Source of the DNA: Octopus bimaculoides
Taxonomy: Eukaryota
Reading direction: 5' to 3'
Assembly (NCBI RefSeq): GCF_001194135.2
Contig: NC_069004.1
Span: forward strand, 1,771,696 to 1,809,810
Length of the DNA stretch: 38,115 nucleotides
Below, one piece after another: positions 10,611 through 21,253 of the stretch (the first letter of the stretch is position 1; the number at the start of each line of letters is the position of its first letter). The notes below the pieces were generated by a model, which searched no databases, was not told the origin of the DNA, and saw only the letters and a program-made list of their open reading frames with translations. The position numbers and the translations under genes are program-made.

Positions 10611-11197
10611 GTATATANNNNNNNNNNNNNNNNNNNNNNNNNNNNNNNNNNNNNNNNNNNNNNNNNNNNNNNNNNNNNNNNNNNNNNNNNNNNNNNNNNN
10701 NNNNNNNNNNNNNNNNNNNNNNNNNNNNNNNNNNNNNNNNNNNNNNNNNNNNNNNNNNNNNNNNNNNNNNNNNNNNNNNNNNNNNNNNNNNNNNNNNNNN
10801 NNNNNNNNNNNNNNNNNNNNNNNNNNNNNNNNNNNNNNNNNNNNNNNNNNNNNNNNNNNNNNNNNNNNNNNNNNNNNNNNNNNNNNNNNNNNNNNNNNNN
10901 NNNNNNNNNNNNNNNNNNNNNNNNNNNNNNNNNNNNNNNNNNNNNNNNNNNNNNNNNNNNNNNNNNNNNNNNNNNNNNNNNNNNNNNNNNNNNNNNNNNN
11001 NNNNNNNNNNNNNNNNNNNNNNNNNNNNNNNNNNNNNNNNNNNNNNNNNNNNNATGCATATATCACAAAAACTGTTACTCAGAGTTTCACGTTCCTGTTT
11101 GTCAAACAGTTTTGTTTAGAATTCTAAACATATATACATATATACATATATACGACGGGCTTCTTTCAGTTTCTGTCTCTCTTTCTTTCTCTTCCAG

Positions 11198-11508
11198 TGT
11201 ATCGCCTGGTACCAAAAAGTTCTTATGTTTCTACCAATGTCTCTTAGACGTAAGTTAAGAAGAATCCGTAAAACAGCCGCAACATATACAGATTCCTCTT
11301 CTGAATCCATTTCTTCCTTGTCGTCAGCTTCTTCCAGTCAATGGAACAATAAACTAATCCCAATTCCACAAAACTGGGCACACATTGTCTCTAACATTCA
11401 CAGCCACTACCCCAGTCCGAAGAAAGAACACGTGATGATTTTAAATGAATTGGCACCTAAAGGCATTGGAAGTGAAATACAAGCAAAATCTTCTCTTTTA
11501 TTCTTCAG
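11198..11508 (+). CDS. Exon CIAWYQKVLMFLPMSLRRKLRRIRK...IQAKSSLLFF(R); polybasic and Ser-rich, ending at a GC donor
   Basis: Strong acceptor ctctttctttctcttccAG at 11197 (phase 0); open frame shared with ORF 11225-11566. The only phase-2 donor fitting the next exon is AG|GCAAGT at 11508/11509. Confidence 0.8.
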
Positions 11509-11675
11509 GCAAGTCTTCCAGAGAGAAAATTTCATGCGACTAAATTCTTTCCTTTCATTAACATAAGTGAAGTTTCATACCGATGTATTAAGATATTGGT
11601 CTATTGCTTTTAATTTGATAATTTATCTAACATTTTAAATCTTTAATTTTTCATTTTTCTTTTTTCCGCATCCAG

Positions 11676-13220
11676 GATTCAAGTTTTATTGAAGCTACTT
11701 CAAAAATCCATCTTTCGGGGTTATGAATTGAATCTAGCTCTAAAGTGGAAGGTGGCTCTCATGAAAGACAAAGATGACATTGTGAATGATGCTGCATGGA
11801 GAAAATCCTTGGAATTTTCAGAAAAACATCCTACAGTCATTCCAAAGACAGAAAGCAGTCAAAACAAGAAACCTTCTGTTGATACCCCAATAAATGGTGT
11901 AACAGAACCAGAGATCTCTAAAACAGAAGTTATAAAATCAAATATTTCCAAAACAAATGCCTTAGCACAAGATGTCTCCAAAATTGATGTCATAGCATCA
12001 GATATCTCTCAGGAAAATGTTTCGTCATCAGCTTTACCCAAACCAGAAGTAATTGTATCTGATATAGTGAGCTCAGATGTAAAGACGCAAAGAGAAAAGA
12101 GTTCCGGTGACCCTCCTGATTATAAAACAGCTGTGCAAACAATGTATCCCACATCCGATGGAGATGAGGAATATTTTGTGTCTCTTTCTTTTTCTTCTGA
12201 AGTAGATTCTTCTTCATCATCTCAAGACGAAGACACACCAGATTTCTCTCCAAGATTTAGTGAAATTTTACCCCCTGTGAAACAATTTCCATTGCACCAG
12301 ACACTAAAGGCAAAATCTGTCAGACCAAAGTCAAGAACCAAAAAATATAATGTTCTACCAAACAACTTAAAGAAATCTAAAAACTTTGCTTCAATGCCAT
12401 CTTCTTTAGCCAATAGTTTCGATACAAACAACGAATCACTCCACAGTGCTGATTCCGCATCAAATCTCTGTTATTCTTCAAACAGTTCTATTAAAAAGCA
12501 AATATTCCATGATGCGATTGTGAAACAAATTCGGGAAGTGACTTTGAGTAACATACCTTCAGATTCGAAAATAGACATTGTTTCCAGTCTTTTGAACAAA
12601 CATCAACCAAATAGTAGCAGTATGAGTAGCAGCAGCAGTCATAGAAGTCGCAATACGTGGCATCAGAATATTTTGAGCAGTGATATTAGCAGTGATGAAG
12701 ATTGTAACTTAAACGGAAGCAAACCATCTCCCAATATGACCCTTCACTACAGATCCTTACCTAGATTTTACCAAAACCCATCCAATTCCAATATGTTATC
12801 TTCTGTTACTGGCAACAGAGCAAAAACTAAAAGAATGAAATCTCCAAAGACCAGATTAATTAATGATGGAAATATTATCTTAAGGAAGCAATATTCTAAA
12901 TCACTAATGAATCTACAAAGTAATAACGATGTTGACCTGACTGATGATACAGCTCCACTTCCACAGAACCGTAACACCGAAACCAGTTTAAATGACATAG
13001 AAGAACAATTAAACCAAGTTACACTACAAGAAACCTTTGCAGCAAAATCTTGTGACTTTCCTGGAAATGAGAGACAATCGTTACTTACATCATCTCATAG
13101 ATACAACAGTGATTACATTAATCAGTGGATTAATTGCAGTTGTAGCCCAACCAGTACTGATCTTACTGGTGACTTGGCACCGTCTAATTCACTCTCTGAC
13201 ACTGGATATACATCAAACAG
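11676..13220 (+). CDS. Large 1545-nt exon encoding a short helical stretch then a ~500-aa Ser/Asn/Asp/Lys-rich, probably disordered region
   Basis: Long pyrimidine tract and ccAG acceptor at 11675 (phase 2); ORF 11689-13224 (511 aa, non-repetitive DNA); donor CAG|GTAAGT at 13220/13221 (phase 2). Confidence 0.9.
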
Positions 13221-13329
13221 GTAAGTGTTCATAGTGTTACCAACGTGTCACCAAGCTGGTCGTGTGCAGCTGCTAGCTCTGGCAGTTTGCTGTTGATATT
13301 GTTGCTCTGTCTGGAAATGAGTAACTGAC

Positions 13330-13745
13330 AGGTGCAGATGCAGCTGTGTGGTTGAGAAGCTTGCTTCCCAACCATGTGGTCTTTGGTTCAATTCCACTGT
13401 GCAGCACCTTGGGTGAGTGTCTTCTACTATAGCCATAGATCAACAAAAGCCTTGTGAGTGAACTTAGTAAATGGAAACTGTAAGAAGCCCATCATATACA
13501 TACATATATATTTCTATGTATGTATGTCTTTGTACTTGTTTGTCTCCCATTGACTGCCTGACAACCAGGGTTGGTTTGTTTATATCCTCATAACTTGGCT
13601 GTTGAGCAAAAGAAATGAACAAGGTAAGTGCCAGACTTTAAAAATAAGTATAAGGGGTCATTTGTCCAACAAAACCTTCAAGACGGTTCCCCAGCATGAC
13701 TGCTGTCCAATGACTGAGGCAAGCAAAGGATAAAAGATTAAAAAA
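13330..13745 (+). mobile_element. tRNA-derived SINE, family B, near full length
   Basis: Head gctgtgtggt..agaagcttgcttccca..GGTTCAATTCC..ccttgggtgagtgtcttctactatagcc; internal (TA/GT) microsatellite; tail gacaacc..ggtttgtttat.tcctcataactt..tgactga...aaaaga. Confidence 0.85.
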
Positions 13746-13979
13746 TTCACAGGTCCACTGCTTGCAGATATTATAAGGTGTATCATCTTATAGGCAAACA
13801 GTGTGGAGGCCACTTGCTTTGAGCATTTTGGAATGGAGCTTTTAGGTAAATATTACTGGTTAATAGCATTCATAGCTTAGAAACTATACCAGAATAGACA
13901 ATGGGGCCTGGTGCAGCCCCTGGCTTTACCAGCTCTGGTCAAACTATCTAAATCCTGCCAGTATGGAAAATGGGCATTA

Positions 13980-13980
13980 A

Positions 13981-14039
<59 letters not shown>

Positions 14040-14062
14040 AATGATGATGATGATGATGATGA
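13980..14062. repeat. (GAT)n tract, tail of a family D element
   Basis: Follows gggcattaa, equivalent to the ggacgttaa D terminus. Confidence 0.95.
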
Positions 14063-15000
14063 TTATATATAAATGTGTGTGTGTGTGTGTGTCCCTCTCT
14101 TTATCTCGATGAGAAGAAAAGAAGAAAAGTAAAAGACAGATTCAACGAAAGAAAGCTTGTTGTAGTTATGTCGTTTCAGCCAAAGAGATGTCCAGACTTA
14201 GAGACTCTATAAGAGGGAAGTGATGAGAAGCATTTTGATGACTGACTGGTTTCTTGACAGAAAGAGACCTCTCTCCCTCTCTCTCTCCATCTCTCTCTCT
14301 CAATATGTATATTAGTGTATGTATATATGTATGTGTAAGTGCACTCTTGCACATACATAAGCTTGGTCTTGCTCTCTCTGGTTTATCACATTCACAGCTA
14401 TGCATCATGAGCCTTTCAATAGTTCTCACATAGTGTACCATTTCCCCCCACATCACCACCACCACCACCACCACCACCAACATCTGCAATGCCGCCAAAA
14501 ATCCATGCTAAATATTCTAATTTTAGATAATCACCAAAATTACAAATACCTATTTATCAGTGTGGCATTTTTTAGCAAAATTCCTACAGAAATGCGCTTG
14601 TGTATCTACAAGAGAAAGCCATTTTGTATGAATGGTGTAATACCAAAGCGTGATTTTTTGGAGGGGGTGGTGGTCTTTTTTTTTTTCTAATTTTTTTCTT
14701 TTTCTTTTTATATAAAAAGTGGAATATAATCAAAACAAAGTGGGCTGTTGTTAATAATAATNNNNNNNNNNNNNNNNNNNNNNNNNNNNNNNNNNNNNNN
14801 NNNNNNNNNNNNNNNNNNNNNNNNNNNNNNNNNNNNNNNNNNNNNNNNNNNNNNNNNNNNNNNNNNNNNNNNNNNNNNNNNNNNNNNNNNNNNNNNNNNN
14901 NNNNNNNNNNNNNNNNNNNNNNNNNNNNNNNNNNNNNNNNNNNNNNNNNNNNNNNNNNNNNNNNNNNNNNNNNNNNNNNNNNNNNNNNNNNNNNNNNNNN

Positions 15001-15082
<82 letters not shown>

Positions 15083-15138
15083 GGAGATGTACTTGCATAG
15101 CAAGTGACTTGATCTGAGATTGTGTGCTGAAACAAAAA

Positions 15139-15339
15139 CAATTGCAGCATCAAAGGTGTTTATAAGCCATTTAAAAACACACAAAAACTTTTAGATTCAC
15201 TTCAGCATTTAAATTTAATTTGTAAAACTATTTTCGTCTCTTTGAAACCGCAACTTGTTCGCTGACAAAATGTTGAAGTGAATCCAATGGTTTTTGTGTG
15301 TTTTTAAATGGCTTATAAACACCTTCCATGCTGCAAATG
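15139..15339. repeat. Long inverted repeat (hairpin MITE-like): ~70-bp arms, ~57-bp spacer
   Basis: Left arm 15143-15210 (tgcagcatcaaaggtgtttataagccatttaaaaacacacaaaaac...gattcacttcagcattt) matches the reverse complement of 15268-15335, roughly 90% by eye. Confidence 0.9.
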
Positions 15340-15507
15340 TAAAAACCACAATGTAAACTCATCTGGGACTTAAGTGCAGTATAATAAAAGCATCAATTTC
15401 AAAAGCTCAGCTACACTCTATGAGTGTCACTTAAAGATGTTAAATGCTGAAAGTGAAAACAAGAAAAAGAAAGAGAGAGAGAGAGACATATGCACACAAC
15501 ATATGCT

Positions 15508-15547
<40 letters not shown>

Positions 15548-15655
15548 TATCAAAAGTATACGAGGAATATGTGCACAATCTTATTCCTCTCACATCCAGA
15601 CTGCCTTGTTTTTGAATTTATTTATGTATTCATGTATAAATGTATCTATGTAGCT

Positions 15656-15698
<43 letters not shown>

Positions 15699-16029
15699 TG
15701 TGTTTGTGTGCATGTGTTTATGCAAGTCATGTTTGCAGTTCTGTAATGTTTGCATCTTTCTGCTGTGTTTTTTTTTCCCCCCAGTTGCTTATTTAACCTC
15801 GGGGACCCTGCTCCTCATTTCTCAGCTCCCAGCCCTAACCCACCATTCCTTACTCCCCAAATCCTCATTCCTAGCTCTTGTCATCGCCCAGTTCGCACCC
15901 ACAATCCTCAAAATGTCTTCACCACCACCCCAGCCCCACCCCACCAGCCCTTCACATCCTGTCCACCTTTGTCTCTTATCTATCTCGGTGCTATTACACT
16001 CCTCCGTTCAACCAGTGAAATATTAACAG

Positions 16030-16078
16030 AATGAGTGATGAGAAAGAACTGTCTGAACAAACATTAATATCAATGAAA
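16030..16078 (+). CDS. Speculative 49-nt bridging exon: (R)MSDEKELSEQTLISMK
   Basis: Acceptor atattaacAG at 16029; weak donor AAA|GTTCAT. It has the phase 2->0 needed to join 13220 to 19461, and acidic composition like the next exon. The real exon could instead lie in an N-gap. Confidence 0.22.
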
Positions 16079-16694
16079 GTTCATTGCAGACTTCTTCTTT
16101 GTCTGTCTGTTTGTTTCTAAATGGCACCAGCTGCTGCTTCTTTGCTTATTTTTGATTGTGCTGCCAAAATTTCTGGTATAAAAAATATATATATATAGAA
16201 AATGTCTCTTAGATTGTGAAGGGCAAAACTAGGAAGCCAATCTTATACACAGTTCCACTGTCAAAATGTCTAAATTTAATGGGAAGTAAATCTAATTGCA
16301 AAGAGAATACCAAACCAAAACAGCTTGTTTGATTTTAATGTTTAACTTTTTGTTTCCCCTGAGGGAAGCTGTGGTGCCCATGGCCTTCATTAGCTTTCTT
16401 GGATCAGTAAGATTGATGCTACTAATGGAGTGGTGTAGCTTTTTGGAAGACGAGGACGGTAGCTATCTGCCTAAGAAAAAGTTATCTTCTCGAGTCATTG
16501 AGTTCAAATTCCGTGGTGGTGGTCAACTTTGCCACGCATTCTTTTAGGGTCAATAAAATACCAATCAAGTACTATAGTTGATGTAATCACTCCCCCCACC
16601 ATCTCTCCTCGAAAATTTCTGGCCCTGTGCCAAGATTTGAAACCATTGTTAGAACTGGATAAGTTTTACCTGTTCTTTGACTGTCTTTTGATGG

Positions 16695-16790
16695 TGCAGG
16701 CATGGCTGTGTGCATAAGAAGCTTGCCTTGTAGTGATGTGGTACTGGGTTCGATTCCACTCGGCAGTACCAAGCGCAAAGTGTTTTCTGC
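16695..16790 (+). mobile_element. SINE family B head
   Basis: gcagggcatggctgtgtg..aagaagcttgcctt..GGGTTCGATTCC; directly followed by a family C copy and then a B tail. Confidence 0.7.
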
Positions 16791-16808
16791 CCTAACTTTG
16801 GGTTTACC

Positions 16809-17095
16809 AAAGGCGGTGAGCTGGCGGAGACGTTAGCACGCCGGGCGAAATGCTTACCGGTATTTTGTCTGTCTTTATGTTCTGAGTTCAAATTCCGCCG
16901 AGGTCAACTTTGCCTTTCATCCTTTCGGGGTCAATAAATTAAGTACCAGTTACACACTGCGGTCGATGTAATCGACTTAATCCCTTTGTCTGTCCTTGTT
17001 TGTCCCCTCTTCCGGGATCGGTTTGCTCGACTAAAGGCGGTGCTCCAGCATGGCCACAGTCAAATGACTGAAACAAATGAAAGAATAAAAGATTG
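16809..17095 (+). mobile_element. tRNA-derived SINE family C (16809-17010) fused to a family B tail (17010-17095)
   Basis: aaggcggtgagctggc..cgttagcacgccgggcgaaatgc..GAGTTCAAATTCC..gaggtcaactttgcctttcatcctttcggggtcaataaattaagtaccag, then gctcgactaaaggcggtgctccagcatggcc. Confidence 0.88.
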
Positions 17096-17259
17096 CACAG
17101 CTCTATTTTCTACTTACAAAAAGTTATTTATTCCAGCAAGAAATTATAAGATTACCCTTTTACAGGTTTAAATGTCAAAGCTTTTTTTCCTTTTTTTAGT
17201 TGCTAGAATGTCTTGTAAACTTCTCTCCCAAAATAATATTGCTGAAATTACAGTGACAA

Positions 17260-17297
<38 letters not shown>

Positions 17298-17299
17298 AA

Positions 17300-17772
17300 T
17301 AATAATGGTTTCAAATTTTGCCACAAGGGCGGCAATTTCGGGGAAGGGGGATGAGTCGATTCCATCAACCCCAGTGTTTGACTGGTACTTATTTCATCGA
17401 CCCCGAAAGAATGAAAGGCATAGTCAACCCCGGCGGGATTTGAACTCAGAACATAGCGATAAGTGAAAGACTGCTCAGCGTTTCATCCAGCATGCTAACA
17501 GTTCTGCCAGCACAAGGCCTGGAATTTGTAGGGAGGAAGAGAGTTGATCACATCAACTCCAGTACATGACTGGTACTTCATTTATTGACCCTGAAAGGAT
17601 GAAAGGCAAAGTCAACCTCGGTGGAATTTGAACTCAGAACATAAAGACAGACGAAATATCATTAAGCATTTCGCCCGGCGTGCTAACGTTTCTTATTTCT
17701 TTATTGCCCGCAAGGGGCTAAACATAGAGGGGACAAACAAGGACAGACAAAGGGATTAAGTCAATTACATGG
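17300..17772 (-). mobile_element. Head-to-tail array of family C units (two near-complete plus a third unit's tail)
   Basis: The reverse complement repeats the gttagca..ttctgagttcaaat..gact.tgcctttcat.ctttc.gggtc..aagtaccag unit at ~17300-17510 and ~17512-17690, plus a variant tail at 17690-17772. Confidence 0.85.
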
Positions 17773-18994
17773 ATTTGGTAGAAGAAAACTGAAAGAAAAC
17801 CACCATGTGTGTGTGTGTTAGTGGCCTTGTGTTTGTGCCCTCCACTACTGTCTGAGAACAGGCTTTGGTTNNNNNNNNNNNNNNNNNNNNNNNNNNNNNN
17901 NNNNNNNNNNNNNNNNNNNNNNNNNNNNNNNNNNNNNNNNNNNNNNNNNNNNNNNNNNNNNNNNNNNNNNNNNNNNNNNNNNNNNNNNNNNNNNNNNNNN
18001 NNNNNNNNNNNNNNNNNNNNNNNNNNNNNNNNNNNNNNNNNNNNNNNNNNNNNNNNNNNNNNNNNNNNNNNNNNNNNNNNNNNNNNNNNNNNNNNNNNNN
18101 NNNNNNNNNNNNNNNNNNNNNNNNNNNNNNNNNNNNNNNNNNNNNNNNNNNNNNNNNNNNNNNNNNNNNNNNNNNNNNNNNNNNNNNNNNNNNNNNNNNN
18201 NNNNNNNNNNNNNNNNNNNNNNNNNNNNNNNNNNNNNNNNNNNNNNNNNNNNNNNNNNNNNNNNNNNNNNNNNNNNNNNNNNNNNNNNNNNNNNNNNNNN
18301 NNNNNNNNNNNNNNNNNNNNNNNNNNNNNNNNNNNNNNNNNNNNNNNNNNNNNNNNNNNNNNNNNNNNNNNNNNNNNNNNNNNNNNNNNNNNNNNNNNNN
18401 NNNNNNNNNNNNNNNNNNNNNNNNNNNNNNNNNNNNNNNNNNNNNNNNNNNNNNNNNNNNNNNNNNNNNNNNNNNNNNNNNNNNNNNNNNNNNNNNNNNN
18501 NNNNNNNNNNNNNNNNNNNNNNNNNNNNNNNNNNNNNNNNNNNNNNNNNNNNNNNNNNNNNNNNNNNNNNNNNNNNNNNNNNNNNNNNNNNNNNNNNNNN
18601 NNNNNNNNNNNNNNNNNNNNNNNNNNNNNNNNNNNNNNNNNNNNNNNNNNNNNNNNNNNNNNNNNNNNNNNNNNNNNNNNNNNNNNNNNNNNNNNNNNNN
18701 NATTCTTCTGGTTAGCTTCTGGAAATTTCTACTTACCTTTTGAACTCCTGGCTATGCTTACTGGGTGTGACATCGTTTGACTATGTCCCTGGAGAAGGAA
18801 AATGCAGGCAGCAATATGGTCTTCAGTTTACAGCTGTAAATATCAATGTTTCTCACAATTTGTGGCTGCCTGCTTTTGTGTCCTCCAGGAATATAGTCAA
18901 ACAAAATCGCAGGGGCAAGGGGGAAGGGGACAAGGGGCCTGAGGCAAGGGGAAGTAGGGCATGGGATCAGTCCATCCTGGGTGGTACTTTTAGT

Positions 18995-19430
18995 GGGGGG
19001 GCAGCCTGATTATAATGAGGGACATGAATATTAAAGATTTCTTCATTTGCCGACAGGTTTGAAATTACGATTGTAATACCTGTGACTGTGCTATTAAGGA
19101 TAAGTTTTGGGTGATTAAAGAGGACATTTATACATTGTAAAGATTGGTTGGGTTTATGGAAGGGATGGTATAAATTAGTGTTTAAGTTAAGGGTAACATC
19201 CAGTTTCAGAGGAAATACTTAGGTTGTAGTTTTTAAAGAGTTTATGTAGGGCTTTCTTTGTGCATTCCACTGAAGGTCAAGATAATCCAGTTACTGCAAG
19301 AAGTGTGTCATCCCTGTATAGTCTGCCGGTTACATTGAGAAAGTATTGTTTAATTTGGGATAGGAGATACAAGCTCACAAGGCCTGTGACCTGGGTCGAG
19401 TCTGATGAGCCCATTGTTATATTGAAGTAA
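18995..19430 (-). mobile_element. Degraded Penelope-like element (PLE) reverse transcriptase fragment
   Basis: Minus-strand pieces FNITMGSSDSTQVTGLVSLYLL...LYRDD (YRDD at 19307-19318), KKALHKLFKNYNLSI, LDVTLNLNTNLYHPFHKPN and ISNLSANEEIFN...Y.QA occur in the order of PLE RT motifs, with stops and frameshifts. It may continue toward the gap ending at 18701. Confidence 0.8.
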
Positions 19431-19460
19431 TCCATTTACATACATATTTATATATTTCAG

Positions 19461-19598
19461 GAACAAGAACAACTTCTTAATTCTGAATTAGAAACAGAAA
19501 TTGATCAAGATTTTGAACCGGATGAATTGTTGAGTCAGCAAAGTGATTCTGCTTCTGTTGCTAAAAGTGAAAGCCAAGATTTTGACAATTTCATTTGA
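19461..19598 (+). CDS. Probable last coding exon: EQEQLLNSELETEIDQDFEPDELLSQQSDSASVAKSESQDFDNFI*
   Basis: Acceptor tatatttcAG at 19460. Only the phase-0 frame is open (46 codons including TGA 19596-19598); the peptide is acidic and non-repetitive. Confidence 0.65.
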   Translation, partial: EQEQLLNSELETEIDQDFEPDELLSQQSDSASVAKSESQDFDNFI

Positions 19599-19924
19599 TA
19601 TTCAAACTTGGCTTTTGTTGAATTAATTTGACAATTGCCACATTGCAGATGGCATTTCTAGCAATTTGGTAAGTACATTGTTCAACAAATCAGTCTATTT
19701 TTAACTACTGCCTGAAAATATTAGTTTCAAGAAGTGTGTATAGCTGTGAAATCTTTACTAGGGTTTAAATAAGTAAGTCATTTGATGCATGCTGTTCAAG
19801 TATGATGAATAAAATTGGTTAAAACAGACCTATTAATCCACAATTAACAAAGAATTTATGTTAATTAGCGAAGATAACTCTATGAATGTGTCATGAAAAT
19901 TTGTGATCTGAGAAATATGCTAAA

Positions 19925-20105
19925 TATTAGTAAGTCAGTAACTTCCCCATAATCTAGCAGTTCAGCAAAAGAGACCAATAGAATAAATACCAGCCTTAAA
20001 AAAAAAAATAAATAAGTTCCTGGGTTGATTCATTCAACTACAAATTCTTCAAGGTGATGCCCCAGAATGGCCACAGTCTAATGTCTAAGACAAGTAAACA
20101 ATAAA
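19925..20105 (+). mobile_element. SINE family B tail
   Basis: cccataatctagcagttcagcaaaagagacc..gaataa..cccagaatggccacagtctaatg..aagtaaac. Confidence 0.7.
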
Positions 20106-20342
20106 AGATAAAGATTAATAAGTCAATTTCATTTAGTTTAAACAGAATCCATTTTCTGGGCCCAGACTGAAGAAAGAACTGGTCCATGCAGTCTTTGCAT
20201 GATCTTCAGGTTCTCTTAGTAGAAGATTATAAGCCTGCATTCACATTTTGGTCCCCCATGTCTGTTATGCCTGCTTCTTGACTGCAACTGCCATTTTGGA
20301 TGGAAAAACTATTTTATACCTTAAACAGATTTTGCTGTGATA

Positions 20343-20490
20343 GGTGCAGGCATAGCTGTGTGGTAAGAAACTTGCTTTCCAGCCACATGGTTTCTGGTTC
20401 AGTCCCACTGCATGGCACTTAAGGGCAAGTGTCTTCTACTTTAACTCTTAGCCAAACGAAAGCCTTGTGAGTAGATTTGATAGATGTAAA
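20343..20490 (+). mobile_element. SINE family B head
   Basis: ggtgcagggcatagctgtgtggtaagaaacttgc..GGTTCAGTCCCACTG..caagtgtcttctact..aaagccttgtgagtagatttg. Confidence 0.8.
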
Positions 20491-21091
20491 CTTGTAACTC
20501 TAGTTAGATGGGTAATTGGATAATTAGATAGGTTGCATGTTCTTACCAATATTAAAATCAAGTCCATTTGAAATTTTCATTGGAACCATTTATTTATGAA
20601 TAAACATTATAATGACTTCAAAAGTAAGTTGCCAGAGGCTGAATCACTGATTACCATTAGTGAGTTATATATGTATATTGGCCAAGAATTAAATAGCTAC
20701 ATATATGTTTTAGCAAGCAGCAACAATAAAGAACGTATTGTGTTGGTTCTTGCAAAAGTGAGAATATTGTGTTCATTGTAAACAAAGTGATTCTTTTTAA
20801 CTCAAGGTTGAGCAGCCAACCAAGAATCCTGTGTTTGTCTGTCTTTTCAATCTCTGCACTGATTGTTCCATGCTCCTATATTTATGGCCATATTGCGGCA
20901 GGAAACTCATGGAAGTTTCCATTTGAAATCATATGATCAAATGATTGCAGCTGTAATATGATTGGTCAGAATTCAGGGCAAGTCATCTGATAAATTGTGG
21001 CCTATTTTTCATTGCTGAACTGATGCAATTTCAAATGTAAGCCCTGCTACACACACAAACACACACGTGTTTGTGTGTTTGTGTGTGAAAA

Positions 21092-21253
21092 GGCCGGCCC
21101 TTTGAAATATCAGTACTGCTCCTTTTTCACGGCTCAGTGAACTGGAGCAATGTGAAATAAAGCGTTCTGCTCAAGGACACAATGCATCACCAGGAATCGA
21201 ACTCATGTCCTGATGATCATGAGCCGTACACCCTAACCACTAAGCTATATGAC
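21092..21253 (-). mobile_element. SINE family A, 5' part
   Basis: Reverse complement of the head (ccctaaccactaagc; gaatcgaactc; gctcaaggacacaa). Confidence 0.8.

Noticed and set aside
20596-20781. 61-aa ORF MNKHYNDFKSK...
   Set aside because: No recognisable motif, no convincing splice pair and short enough to be chance.
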